Assembly: GCA_030265395.1 (NCBI GenBank)
Contig: JARFYF010000022.1
Span: 21,725,442-21,787,232, forward strand
From: Rhina ancylostomus
Lineage: Eukaryota
Length of the DNA stretch: 61,791 nt
Direction: 5' to 3'
Position numbers and translations under genes: made by a program
The notes under the pieces: model-generated
The model's database searches: none
What the model was told of the DNA's origin: nothing
Seen by the model: only the letters and a program-made list of their open reading frames with translations
In this document: positions 61,761 through 61,791 of the stretch, piece after piece
Layout: each line of letters opens with the position of its first letter
Position numbering within the stretch: the stretch's first letter is position 1

Positions 61761-61791
61761 TTCTTATTCCTGATCACCTTTTATGTGCAGG
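61761..61791 (+). other. Putative splice acceptor at the window end
   Basis: Branch-like CTGAT (61770-61774), pyrimidine-rich ccttttat, gtgcAG|G. Confidence 0.45.

Noticed and set aside
1-61791. CRISPR arrays, operons or other prokaryotic systems
   Set aside because: Vertebrate repeat landscape; no regularly spaced repeats and no gene-dense coding region

Overview
Eukaryotic, AT-rich, repeat-dense vertebrate DNA from a gapped short-read assembly; many N runs sit on young repeats. The repeat families (CR1 LINEs with zinc-finger/SGNH-esterase ORF1, V-SINEs, SacSINE1/DeuSINE relics, Rex1/Babar LINEs, Penelope-derived palindromic elements) point to a cartilaginous fish, probably a ray. This is inferred from remembered family consensus sequences; no database search was run. 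No intact protein-coding exon was found: the ORF track is almost entirely transposon debris, N-spanning artefacts or chance ORFs. The host-gene signal is a CpG-island promoter (~24.6-27.0 kb) with CCAAT boxes, followed by a long purine-rich putative non-coding first exon ending at a GTGAGT donor (26205). A ~35.6 kb putative intron follows, and a clean branch point/acceptor lies at the last bases of the window (AG 61789-61790). The gene cannot be identified. The most interesting signals are: (1) at least seven copies of a Penelope-derived, often palindromic, non-autonomous element carrying decayed minimal hammerhead-ribozyme cores; (2) two V-SINE subfamilies with the same head and body but different LINE-derived tails (CR1 vs Rex1/Babar); (3) a near full-length CR1 with a tandemly duplicated, YY1-motif-bearing 5' region; (4) a young CpG-rich LTR with TSD and a 14-bp palindrome in intron 1; (5) nested insertions that give a relative age order. 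Boundaries of old elements are approximate.
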